Part shown: one piece after another, positions 9,167 through 16,548 of the stretch
How positions within the stretch are numbered: position 1 is the first letter of the stretch
Layout: each line of letters opens with the position of its first letter
Origin: Sandaracinaceae bacterium
Lineage (GTDB): Bacteria > Myxococcota_A > Polyangia > Polyangiales > Sandaracinaceae
Reading direction: 5' to 3'
NCBI GenBank assembly: GCA_044220955.1
Contig: JBGAQA010000127.1
Coordinates: forward strand, 1-16,548
Length of the DNA: 16,548 nucleotides
Position numbers and translations under genes: made by a program
The notes under the pieces: generated by a model
Told to the model about the DNA's origin: nothing
Seen by the model: the letters and a program-made list of their open reading frames with translations, nothing else
The model's database searches: none

Positions 9167-10218
9167 GCGAGCCCTCGCGCCGCGCTCACGGCATCGACCT
9201 GCTGCGCCTGATCGCCGCGGTGCAGATGATCTCCGGGCACACGGTCGACGCGCTGATCGCCCCCGAGCACCGGAGCGGCGAGCTCTGGGCGCGCTGGACC
9301 CTGATGCGGGGCCTGACCGCGGTCGCGTTCCTCTTCGCTTCCGGCGTCGCGTTCGCCATGGTCGCCGCGCAGAGCCCCGAGCGGCGCCGGTCGCGCGTGA
9401 GGCGGGCGCTGATGCTCGTCGGGATCAGCTACGCGCTGCACCCTCCGGTGGCGCTCTTCTCGCGCGACGCCGCGCTGCGCGAGGCCTCGATCCGGGAATT
9501 CTTCGCGGTGGACGTGCTCGCCTGCATCGGGGTGACGCTGCTCGTGCTCGAGGTGCTCGCCCGCCTCCGGCCGCGGGCGTTCGCGGGCGCGAGCGCCGCG
9601 CTGGGGATCGCAGCGCTCGTCGCGGCTCCGGCGACGGCGGGCATCGTGGCGAGCGGGCCCGCGCGGCCGCTGCTCGACTACGTCACCAGGACCGGTGGTT
9701 CGCTCTTCCCGCTGCTCCCGTACTCGGGCTTCGCGCTGCTCGGGGCGGCCATCGGGGCCGCCGCGCTGCCACGCGAGCCTGGACCGCGCGCCGTGCGGGT
9801 GCTCGTCGCCGCGACGCTCGGGTTCGGGGGGATCGCCGCCGCCTGGAATGCGCTCGCGCCCGCGCCGACGCCCGCGCTCTACTACGCGCACCCAGCGGCC
9901 TCGTTCGGTCGGATCGCCGCCGTGTGCGCCCTCGCGCTCGTGCTCACCCTCGCCACGGCCCGCGTTCGTGCACTACCGCGGTGGATGACGACGCTGGCCG
10001 GCGAGACGCTCTTCCTCTACGTGTCGCACCTGCTCGCGCTCTACGTGGGCGGCGTCGGCCTCGTGCACTTCTTCGGCGCGTCGCTCTCCGTCGCGGGCAG
10101 CGTCGCTGCCGCGCTGGCGCTGATCCTCGCCTGCGCGGTCGCGGCGCTCGGCTGGCACGAGCACGCCGGGCGACTCGGCGTGCCGCGGCCGGCGCGCGGC
10201 CCCCGCCGTCGAGACTGA
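9163..10218 (+). CDS. Polytopic membrane acyltransferase-like protein (DUF1624 / HGSNAT-like, acyltransferase-3 clan), 351 aa
   Basis: N-terminal GIDLLRLIAAVQMISGH, AFLFASG, DVLACIG, SLFPLLPY and TLFLYVSH; about 9-10 hydrophobic segments; ATGA overlap with the kinase. Confidence 0.75.
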   Translation: MSEPSRRAHGIDLLRLIAAVQMISGHTVDALIAPEHRSGELWARWTLMRGLTAVAFLFASGVAFAMVAAQSPERRRSRVRRALMLVGISYALHPPVALFSRDAALREASIREFFAVDVLACIGVTLLVLEVLARLRPRAFAGASAALGIAALVAAPATAGIVASGPARPLLDYVTRTGGSLFPLLPYSGFALLGAAIGAAALPREPGPRAVRVLVAATLGFGGIAAAWNALAPAPTPALYYAHPAASFGRIAAVCALALVLTLATARVRALPRWMTTLAGETLFLYVSHLLALYVGGVGLVHFFGASLSVAGSVAAALALILACAVAALGWHEHAGRLGVPRPARGPRRRD

Positions 10219-10232
10219 ATCGGGGCGGACCT

Positions 10233-10757
10233 TCACTCGACGACGATGAGGCCGCTCATCCCGCGGCCGTCGTCGGAGCCATGCACGCTGCAGAAGAACC
10301 CGTACCGCCCCGGGCTGTCGAACGTGAACGTGCCGCCCGTCGTCGACGCCACGGGAACCGGCGTCGCGGCGGGGGAGCAAGTGGCGCGGTTGAGCGGGTG
10401 GTTTCCCGCGGCAGGCAGCGTGACGCTCTGGCCGGCGTGGATGCGGATGCAGGCGGGCGCGTAGCGGAACGCCGCTGCGCCGCTGATCATCACCACCACC
10501 GCGCTGGCGTCGGCCGTGTGGTCCTCGAGCGTGGTGCAGCCCGCGAAGTCGGCCGCGCATTCCGAGGGGCCGGCGTCGGGCAGCGGGCCGGCGTCCTCCC
10601 GCGCGCCGGCGTCGCGGCCTGCGTCGATGGTGCTCCCGCCCCCGTCGCGGCCCCCGTCGCCAGGGCCGGCCCCGGTGTCGCTCGCGACGGGAGCGCCGTT
10701 GCAGCCGGCCTGGCAGAGACAGAGCAGCAAGAGCGAGCCGGCCACGCGAGCCTGCAT
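10233..10757 (-). CDS. Cupredoxin (plastocyanin/azurin-like) lipoprotein, 174 aa
   Basis: Signal peptide with lipobox-like QAGC; DAG-rich linker; RYAPACIRIHAGQSV, HPL and YGFFCSVH...GMSGLIVVE give the type-1 Cu ligands H, C, H, M; GGAGG SD. Confidence 0.88.
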   Translation of the reverse strand: MQARVAGSLLLLCLCQAGCNGAPVASDTGAGPGDGGRDGGGSTIDAGRDAGAREDAGPLPDAGPSECAADFAGCTTLEDHTADASAVVVMISGAAAFRYAPACIRIHAGQSVTLPAAGNHPLNRATCSPAATPVPVASTTGGTFTFDSPGRYGFFCSVHGSDDGRGMSGLIVVE

Positions 10758-10854
10758 GCGAGAGCCTCCACGGAGAACGGTAGAAGAAAGGTATGGGCGG
10801 GCGAGACGGTGCGAGATCGCACGCTCCGCGTCAACCTCCCCATCGGCGAAAAAA

Positions 10855-10872
10855 GGACTGACACGTCAGTCC
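10855..10872. promoter_or_regulatory. Perfect 18-bp inverted repeat GGACTGAC-AC-GTCAGTCC, putative repressor operator overlapping predicted -35 (CTGACA-N17-TAGATC)
   Basis: 8-2-8 palindrome read directly, 20 nt upstream of GTG 10893; CTGACA at 10858-10863 and TAGATC at 10881-10886. Confidence 0.7.
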
Positions 10873-10892
10873 AGTCGATGTAGATCGCCGCC

Positions 10893-11597
10893 GTGACCGA
10901 GGCTGCGCTCGTGCTCTCTCCGAACGCCACCGCGGCGTTCTTTCGGCTGGAAGGCGCCATCGCGCCGGTCGCTGCCCTCGAGGCCATCGGCCGGATCGCG
11001 GCGAGCGCGCAGTCGGTCCGCCGTCGGGTCCTCGGCCGGGCGATGGCTCTCGTCGGCGCCGGTCTCTCGCTCCCGACACCCCTGTCCGATCCACGCGCCG
11101 GTGCCCGCCTGGCGTGGTCGACGCTCGAGGGTATGTCGCGCGATCGCGTGGAGGTGCTCGGGTTCGACTTCGCGCGGGACGAGATCCTCCCGAAGGTCCG
11201 GAAAGAAGCGCGGCGCCTGCTCGCGCGCGCCAAGACCGACGGCGCGCGGACGGTGCTCGTGAGCGACGGCCTCGACGTCGTCGCCGCCGAGGTGGCCCGC
11301 GCCCTCGGGATCGACGAGGTCATCGCCAACGCTCTCGAGTACGACGGGGAGCTCGCCACGGGCGAGCGCGTCGTACCGGTGGTCGGGCCCGAGCTCGATC
11401 CTGCGCGTCTCGCGTCGCTCGCGCGCGCCTGGGGCGTCGACCTCGCTCGCTCGGTCGCCTACGGATCGTGCGAGGGCGACACGATGTTGCTCTCGCAGGT
11501 GGGACGCCCCTGTGCGATCTGCCCCGAGCGCGGCCTGGCCCGCGTCGCGCGGGACCTCGGCTGGCCGATCGTCCTGCCCGCCGGAGACGGAGCATGA
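10893..11597 (+). CDS. HAD-IB (SerB-like) family protein with degenerate catalytic motifs, 234 aa
   Basis: AAFFRLEG at the motif-I position, TVLVS, LGIDEVIANALEYDGELATG, VDLARSVAYG...D.MLLSQVGRP and ARDLGWPIV, typical of the HAD-IB fold. Confidence 0.85.
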   Translation: MTEAALVLSPNATAAFFRLEGAIAPVAALEAIGRIAASAQSVRRRVLGRAMALVGAGLSLPTPLSDPRAGARLAWSTLEGMSRDRVEVLGFDFARDEILPKVRKEARRLLARAKTDGARTVLVSDGLDVVAAEVARALGIDEVIANALEYDGELATGERVVPVVGPELDPARLASLARAWGVDLARSVAYGSCEGDTMLLSQVGRPCAICPERGLARVARDLGWPIVLPAGDGA

Positions 11598-13249
11598 GCG
11601 CGGGCGTGCGCGAGAGCCTCGCGGGCAAGCGCCTGCTCGTCACGGGCGTCACCGGGTTCCTCGGGAAGGTCCTGGTGGCGTTCCTGCTCCACGAGCTGCC
11701 GGAGCTCGGGCGGATCACCGTGCTCGCGCGCGGCCGTCGAGGTCAGTCGCCGGCCGAGCGCGTGAGAAGGATCGCCGAGCGCTCGCCCGCGTGGCGGCCG
11801 CTGCGGGCGCGCCATGGCCACGCGCTCGGTGACATGCTCGCGGAGCGCCTCGAGGTCGTCTCCGGCGACGCGCGCGAGGAGCTGCTCGGCATCACGCCCG
11901 GGGCGCTCGAGATGCTCGCGCCGCGGATCGACGTCGTCCTGCACTGCGCGGGGCTCACGGACTTCGTGCCCGACCCGGTCGACGCCGTCGCGGTGAACGT
12001 CCGCGGTGCGCTGCGCGCGGCCGACGTCGCGGCGCGCACGGCAGGGCGTCGACTGCTGCACGTCTCGACGTGCTTCGTGGCTGGCAAGGTCGACGGTCCG
12101 GTGGAGGAGCGCCTCGCGCCCGGCCGCTCGCCGAACGGCACACGCTTCGATGCCGCGAGCGAGCTGCTGGCGATGGACTCGATGATCGAGGCTTCCCGCT
12201 CGCGTCATGCCGACGCTGCCGCGGCGCGTCGCGAGCGAATCGAGATCGGGCAGCAGCGCGCCAACGCGCTCGGCTGGCCGAACCTGTACACGTACGGCAA
12301 GTCGCTGGCCGAGCACCTGCTCGCGGCGCGAGGCGACGTCACCGCGCTCGTGGTCCGGCCCTCCATCGTCGAGTGCGCGCGCGCCTTCCCCTTCGCGGGC
12401 TGGAACGAGGGCGTGAACACGTCGGCGCCGCTCGTCTGGCTCACCGGCACGCTGCACCGCTCGCTGCCTTTCAGCGGCGAGCACGTGCTCGACGTCGTGC
12501 CGGTCGACTCGGTCGCGCGGGGGCTGACCCTCTCGCTGGCCGAGCTCGTGCGGGGCCGCGTCCGGCACGCCGACGTCGTGCAGCTCGCGTCGGGCGACCA
12601 CAACCCCTTCACGCTGCGGCGCTGTGTCGATCTCACGTCGCTCGCGCGCCGCCGCCAGTACCAACGCTCGGACGACCTCTTCGAGCGCCTCGTGCTCGCG
12701 CACATGGACAGCGTCGCCACGGGGCGCGCGCCCGAGACCGATCCCCTTGTCCCTGCGGCGCGGGCCGCGACCAAGGCCGCGCGCGACCTCCTGGTCGCCT
12801 TCGATCCGGAGGCCCACCTCCCGGGCCCGATCCGCGAGCGCTTCGGGAGCAAGCTCGCGCGCTGGGCGCAGACGGCGGGCAAGGAGCTCGGCACGGCGTC
12901 GCGCACGCTCGGCCAGGTGGACGAGATGCTGAAGCTGTACAAGCCCTTCGTCTTCGAGCACGACCCGAGGCTCGCGACCGAGCGCGTGCGCGGCTGGACG
13001 GCGCGTCTCGACGACGACGAGCGCGCGTCGTTCGGCTTCGACACCGAGACGCTCGACTGGCGCGACTACTGGATGAACGTGCAGATCCCGGGGCTCGACG
13101 CGTGGTCGCTCCCGGCGCTCCGGGGCGAGCGCGCGCCGGAGGATCCCCCCTTCGACCTCGGGGCGGCCATCGCCGAGGTCGGCGAGCCGCGGACGCGCGT
13201 GCCGAGCGAGCGCCCGAGCGAGCGGTCGATGGAAGAAGGTGCCGAGTGA
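11594..13249 (+). CDS. Fatty acyl-CoA/ACP reductase (male-sterility NAD_binding_4 domain plus C-terminal sterile domain), ElbD FAR-domain-like, 551 aa
   Basis: LLVTGVTGFLGK, HVST, GWPNLYTYGK (YxxxK), VRPSIVE, FPFAGWNEG, LDVVPVD and C-terminal FDTETLDWRDYW...IPGL; ATGA overlap with the HAD gene. Confidence 0.9.
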   Translation: MSAGVRESLAGKRLLVTGVTGFLGKVLVAFLLHELPELGRITVLARGRRGQSPAERVRRIAERSPAWRPLRARHGHALGDMLAERLEVVSGDAREELLGITPGALEMLAPRIDVVLHCAGLTDFVPDPVDAVAVNVRGALRAADVAARTAGRRLLHVSTCFVAGKVDGPVEERLAPGRSPNGTRFDAASELLAMDSMIEASRSRHADAAAARRERIEIGQQRANALGWPNLYTYGKSLAEHLLAARGDVTALVVRPSIVECARAFPFAGWNEGVNTSAPLVWLTGTLHRSLPFSGEHVLDVVPVDSVARGLTLSLAELVRGRVRHADVVQLASGDHNPFTLRRCVDLTSLARRRQYQRSDDLFERLVLAHMDSVATGRAPETDPLVPAARAATKAARDLLVAFDPEAHLPGPIRERFGSKLARWAQTAGKELGTASRTLGQVDEMLKLYKPFVFEHDPRLATERVRGWTARLDDDERASFGFDTETLDWRDYWMNVQIPGLDAWSLPALRGERAPEDPPFDLGAAIAEVGEPRTRVPSERPSERSMEEGAE

Positions 13250-13274
13250 ATCGGCGCGCGGAGGCCGGTCGGCC

Positions 13275-14462
13275 ATGATCTTCGTCACGGGGGGCACCGG
13301 GTACCTGGGAGCCTACGTCCTCGCGCGCCTGCTCGAGACGCACCGGACGCGCGTCCTCTTGCTCGTCCGCGCCAAGGATCGCCGCGAGGCGATCGCCAAG
13401 CTCTGGAGCGGCCTGCAGCTGCACATGGACGAGCGGCGCTTCGAGAAGGTGCTGCCGCTCGTGTCCTTCGTGCGAGGAGATCTGACCGCCCCGGCGCTCG
13501 GCATCGCGAAGGAGGCGCGACGCCGCCTGGCCAACGAGGCCACGAGCGTGATCCACGTCGCCGCGTCCCTGAACCGCAAGAGCGAGAAGGCGTGCCTCAA
13601 CGCCAACCTGCGCGGCACGCTCTCGGTCATCCAGCTCGCGCGGGAGATCGCCGACGGGCGTGGAGGGCTGGCGCGCTTCAGCAACGTCTCGACGGTCGCC
13701 GTCTGCGGGCGGCGCGACCGCGAGGTCGTCCTCGAGGACACCGCCATCGACTGGGAGCGCTCGGACTACGACCCCTACGCGCGCACGAAGAAGTTCGCCG
13801 AGCACATGGCGCGCGAGCTCCTGCCGGGCGTGCGCGTCTTGACCTTTCGCCCCTCGATCGTGATGGGGGACTCGCGCTTCCCCGAGACGTCGCAGTTCGA
13901 GATGGTCCGCGCGACGAGCGTGCTCGCGGACCTGCCGCTCGTGCCGACGCGCGGCGATGCGCGCATCGACATCGTGAACGCCGACTACGTCGGGAGGGCC
14001 ATCGCCGACGTGCACCTCAAGGCGGCGCCCGCGCACGACATCTACCACCTGTCGGGCGGCGTCCGCAGCAAGACGGCGACGGCGATCCGAGACGCCCTGC
14101 TGGCCAGGCATCCGCTCAAGCCCCGGCCGCGCTTCGTCGCGAGCGCGGAGCGGCCCTTCGCGCGCGTCGTCGACCGGATGGCGAGCATCGGCGCGCGCGA
14201 AGGAGCGCGGGGCCAGCTCGCCCTGATCGGCTCCCTCCTGAAGGTCTTCCTGCCCTACATCACCTTCGACACGGTGTTCGACAACACCCGCATCGTGGAC
14301 GAGCTCGGAGAGGCACCGGTGCCGTTCACCGACTACTGCGGAGCGCTCTACGACTGGTCGAAGCGCAACCGCTTCCGCTACCCGTACCGCGCGCTCGACG
14401 AGGCGACGCTCCGCAGGCTGACAGAGAGCGACGAACGAGGGGAGGGCGCGACGTGGGCTTGA
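13275..14462 (+). CDS. Extended SDR / thioester-reductase-like oxidoreductase, 395 aa
   Basis: IFVTGGTGYLG, RGDLT, IHVAAS, NLRGT, VST, YARTK (YxxxK) and RPSIVMGDS; GGAGG at 13260-13264 supports ATG 13275. Confidence 0.9.
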   Translation: MIFVTGGTGYLGAYVLARLLETHRTRVLLLVRAKDRREAIAKLWSGLQLHMDERRFEKVLPLVSFVRGDLTAPALGIAKEARRRLANEATSVIHVAASLNRKSEKACLNANLRGTLSVIQLAREIADGRGGLARFSNVSTVAVCGRRDREVVLEDTAIDWERSDYDPYARTKKFAEHMARELLPGVRVLTFRPSIVMGDSRFPETSQFEMVRATSVLADLPLVPTRGDARIDIVNADYVGRAIADVHLKAAPAHDIYHLSGGVRSKTATAIRDALLARHPLKPRPRFVASAERPFARVVDRMASIGAREGARGQLALIGSLLKVFLPYITFDTVFDNTRIVDELGEAPVPFTDYCGALYDWSKRNRFRYPYRALDEATLRRLTESDERGEGATWA

Positions 14463-15976
14463 TCCGCAGGCTGGGGATCCAGGTCGTCCGCACGGCGCTC
14501 GACGGCGCCAAGCGCGCGCTCGACGCCGACGCGATGCTCGGGACCGCGATGAGCGCCCTGATCGAGGCGCGCGCCGCCGAGCACCGGAGCAGCCCGCAGC
14601 CGCCCTACCGGCCGAGCGATCCGCTGCGCCTGCTCTTCGCGGGGTACGTCGGTTCGCGCAACACGGGCGCGGACGTGCGCGTCGAGGAGATGCTGCGGCA
14701 GTTCCGCCACCTCTTCGGCGACGACCACGTCGATCTCTCGGTGCTCACCATCGATCCAGCGTGGACACGCGGCTACTTCAAGACGGTGCGGCAGATCCAC
14801 GTGCCGCAGGTCTATCCGAAGTTCCTCTACGACGAGGTGGCGCGTCACGACGGCGTCGTCGCGTGCGAAGGCTCCATGTTCAAGAGCAAGTTCGCCAACG
14901 CCCTGACGACGCTGATGGTCGGCTCGATCGGGCTCGCGCTCGCCGAGGAGAAGCTCGCCATCGGGTACGGGGGCGAGGCGGGCGCGATGGACGAGAGCGT
15001 CGAGGCGCTGGTGCGGCGACACGTGAAGGGCGCCCTCGTGATCACCCGTAACCCCGAGTCGACGCAGGTGCTCGAGGGGCTCGGGATCGAGGCCAGGACC
15101 GGGACCGACACCGCGTGGACGTTCGGCGGCGCGCCGCGGGCGCTCGGGGAGAAGCTGCTGACGCGCGCCGGCTGGGACGGGCGGGCGCCGGTCGTCGTGG
15201 TGTGTCCGATCCACCCGTTCTGGTGGCCGGTGCGCGCCGACCCGCTCAAGGCCGCGATGCACGCCGCCACGGGGGCGCACGAGCACAGCCACTTCCGGAG
15301 CGTCTACTTCCACCACGACGGACCGGAGGTGGAGGCCTCGCTCCGCTCGTACCTCACGCGCTTCTCGGGCGCGCTGCGCGACCTCTCCCGCAAGCGCCGC
15401 GTGTTCCCGGTGGTGGTCGGCATGGAGGCGCTCGATCGGCGCGCGTGCGAGCGCTTCTCGGACGCGTACGGCGAGAAGCTGCCGACCTTCGTCTCGGACG
15501 AGCACGACATGTTCGAGCTCGTCGCGATCCTGCGCGCCGCGTCGCTCGTCGCGAGCTCGCGCTACCACGCCATCGTGTGCTCGATGCCCGCGGGCGTGCC
15601 CTCGATCGGCGTGACGATGGACGAGCGCATCCGCAACCTGATGAAGGACCGGGGCCAGCCCGAGCTCGCGCTCGAGTGCGACGACGCCCGCCTCGACGAT
15701 CGGCTCTTCGCGGCGATGGACGCGGCCCTGGCCGAGCCGGAGGCGATGCGCGCGGGGATCGAGGGGTCCGTCACGCGCAACTTGCTCGCCATGGGGCGCA
15801 TGGGCGCGTGGGCCGTCGAGCATGTGCGCGCGCGCCACCCGCGCATCCGCTTCCGGGCCGGTCTCGGCGACGCCACGCGCCCCGAGCTGCACCTGCCGCC
15901 GCTCCCGGAGCCGCAGGCGCGGCTGCTGGAGCGCGCGACCATGAGCGACCTGCGGGCGCGTGGGCCGAGCGCGTGA
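14453..15976 (+). CDS. Polysaccharide pyruvyl transferase family-like (CsaB/WcaK-like, GT-B fold) protein, about 507 aa
   Basis: GYVGSRNTGAD (cf. GYxGxxNxGD), ITRNPES (TxRxxxS), GTDTAW and SSRYHAIVCSMPAGVPSIGV (RxH...GVP); GGAGG at 14441 before GTG 14453; alternative ATG at 14534. Confidence 0.78.
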   Translation: MGLIRRLGIQVVRTALDGAKRALDADAMLGTAMSALIEARAAEHRSSPQPPYRPSDPLRLLFAGYVGSRNTGADVRVEEMLRQFRHLFGDDHVDLSVLTIDPAWTRGYFKTVRQIHVPQVYPKFLYDEVARHDGVVACEGSMFKSKFANALTTLMVGSIGLALAEEKLAIGYGGEAGAMDESVEALVRRHVKGALVITRNPESTQVLEGLGIEARTGTDTAWTFGGAPRALGEKLLTRAGWDGRAPVVVVCPIHPFWWPVRADPLKAAMHAATGAHEHSHFRSVYFHHDGPEVEASLRSYLTRFSGALRDLSRKRRVFPVVVGMEALDRRACERFSDAYGEKLPTFVSDEHDMFELVAILRAASLVASSRYHAIVCSMPAGVPSIGVTMDERIRNLMKDRGQPELALECDDARLDDRLFAAMDAALAEPEAMRAGIEGSVTRNLLAMGRMGAWAVEHVRARHPRIRFRAGLGDATRPELHLPPLPEPQARLLERATMSDLRARGPSA

Positions 15977-16013
15977 GCCGCGCCGTCTCGACGTCGTCGA
16001 CCGGGAGCGCGTG

Positions 16014-16548
16014 ATGAGCGCGTCCTTCGTCGATCGCTTCCTCGCGAACCTCGACACGCACCGGGAGCGCGCGTTCGTCGTCGAGGTCCACTGCAGCCGC
16101 GGGGGCGACCGGCTCGCGCCGACGCGGGGTGCGCTGCTGCGCGCCATGGTCGAGGACGCACGCGAGTCCTTGCGGGCTCGTGGGGTGAAGGCCGGCGACC
16201 GCGTCGTGCTCGTGGCGCCCAACTCCGCGCGCTGGGTGGCGATGGACCTCGCGATCCTCGCCGAGGGGGCCACCGCGGTCCCGCTCTACGCGCGCCAGGC
16301 GCCCGCCGAGGTGTCCCTGATGATCCGGGATGCCGACGTGTCGCTCGTGATCGTGGGCGAACCCGGGCTCGACGCGGCGCTCGCGGAGCAGGGGATCGAG
16401 CGGCGCGCGCTGCTCGACGCGATGTTCGAGGGGCGGCGCCTCGAGCCGAGGCCCGCGGCGCCGATCGCGCCCGATCACGTGGTGACCATCATCTACACGT
16501 CGGGGTCGAGCGGCGAGCCGAAGGGCGTGATGACCACGCGCGCGAACG
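16014..16548 (+). CDS. Long-chain fatty acid-CoA ligase / AMP-binding protein, 5' part only
   Basis: Hand-translated, absent from the ORF track because no stop lies in the window: MSASFVDRFLANLD...GVKAGDRVVLVAPNSARWVAMDLAILAEGATAVPLY...TIIYTSGSSGEPKGVM (AMP-binding signature). Confidence 0.92.
   Translation, partial: MSASFVDRFLANLDTHRERAFVVEVHCSRGGDRLAPTRGALLRAMVEDARESLRARGVKAGDRVVLVAPNSARWVAMDLAILAEGATAVPLYARQAPAEVSLMIRDADVSLVIVGEPGLDAALAEQGIERRALLDAMFEGRRLEPRPAAPIAPDHVVTIIYTSGSSGEPKGVMTTRAN

Noticed and set aside
10855..10872. Intrinsic terminator on the minus strand (palindrome followed by T-run at 10849-10854)
   Set aside because: A 2-nt loop is unfavourable (though a shorter stem is possible) and no convincing gene ends upstream on that strand; the operator reading is preferred.
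11594..16548. NRPS/PKS cluster, or assignment of elb gene symbols
   Set aside because: No condensation, ketosynthase or carrier domains are visible, and orthology to elb genes cannot be established without alignment.

Overview
Very GC-rich bacterial DNA, most likely Myxococcota (Polyangia/Sandaracinaceae-like). This is inferred from the myxobacterial-type PilB, the FHA/Ser-Thr kinase pair and the DAG-linker lipoprotein. Left to right: a hexamer tandem repeat; carA and pyrC (minus); a small hypothetical gene; an apparently frameshifted membrane protein with a CPBP/CAAX-protease domain; a small membrane protein; a stand-alone pilB (minus); an operon of FHA protein, Ser/Thr kinase and membrane acyltransferase-like protein; and a cupredoxin lipoprotein (minus). 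The window ends in a tightly coupled lipid operon: degenerate HAD-IB, fatty-acyl reductase, second extended SDR, polysaccharide-pyruvyl-transferase-like protein, and an acyl-CoA synthetase cut by the window edge. This operon is the best candidate for an undescribed system. It resembles a split, re-tooled version of the myxobacterial elb ether-lipid cluster and has a perfect 18-bp palindrome over its predicted promoter. Two architectural patterns also stand out: 9-13-codon mini-ORFs bridge all three short same-strand gaps by start/stop overlaps, and several operon-leading genes look leaderless. All family calls come from motif recognition, not database searches.
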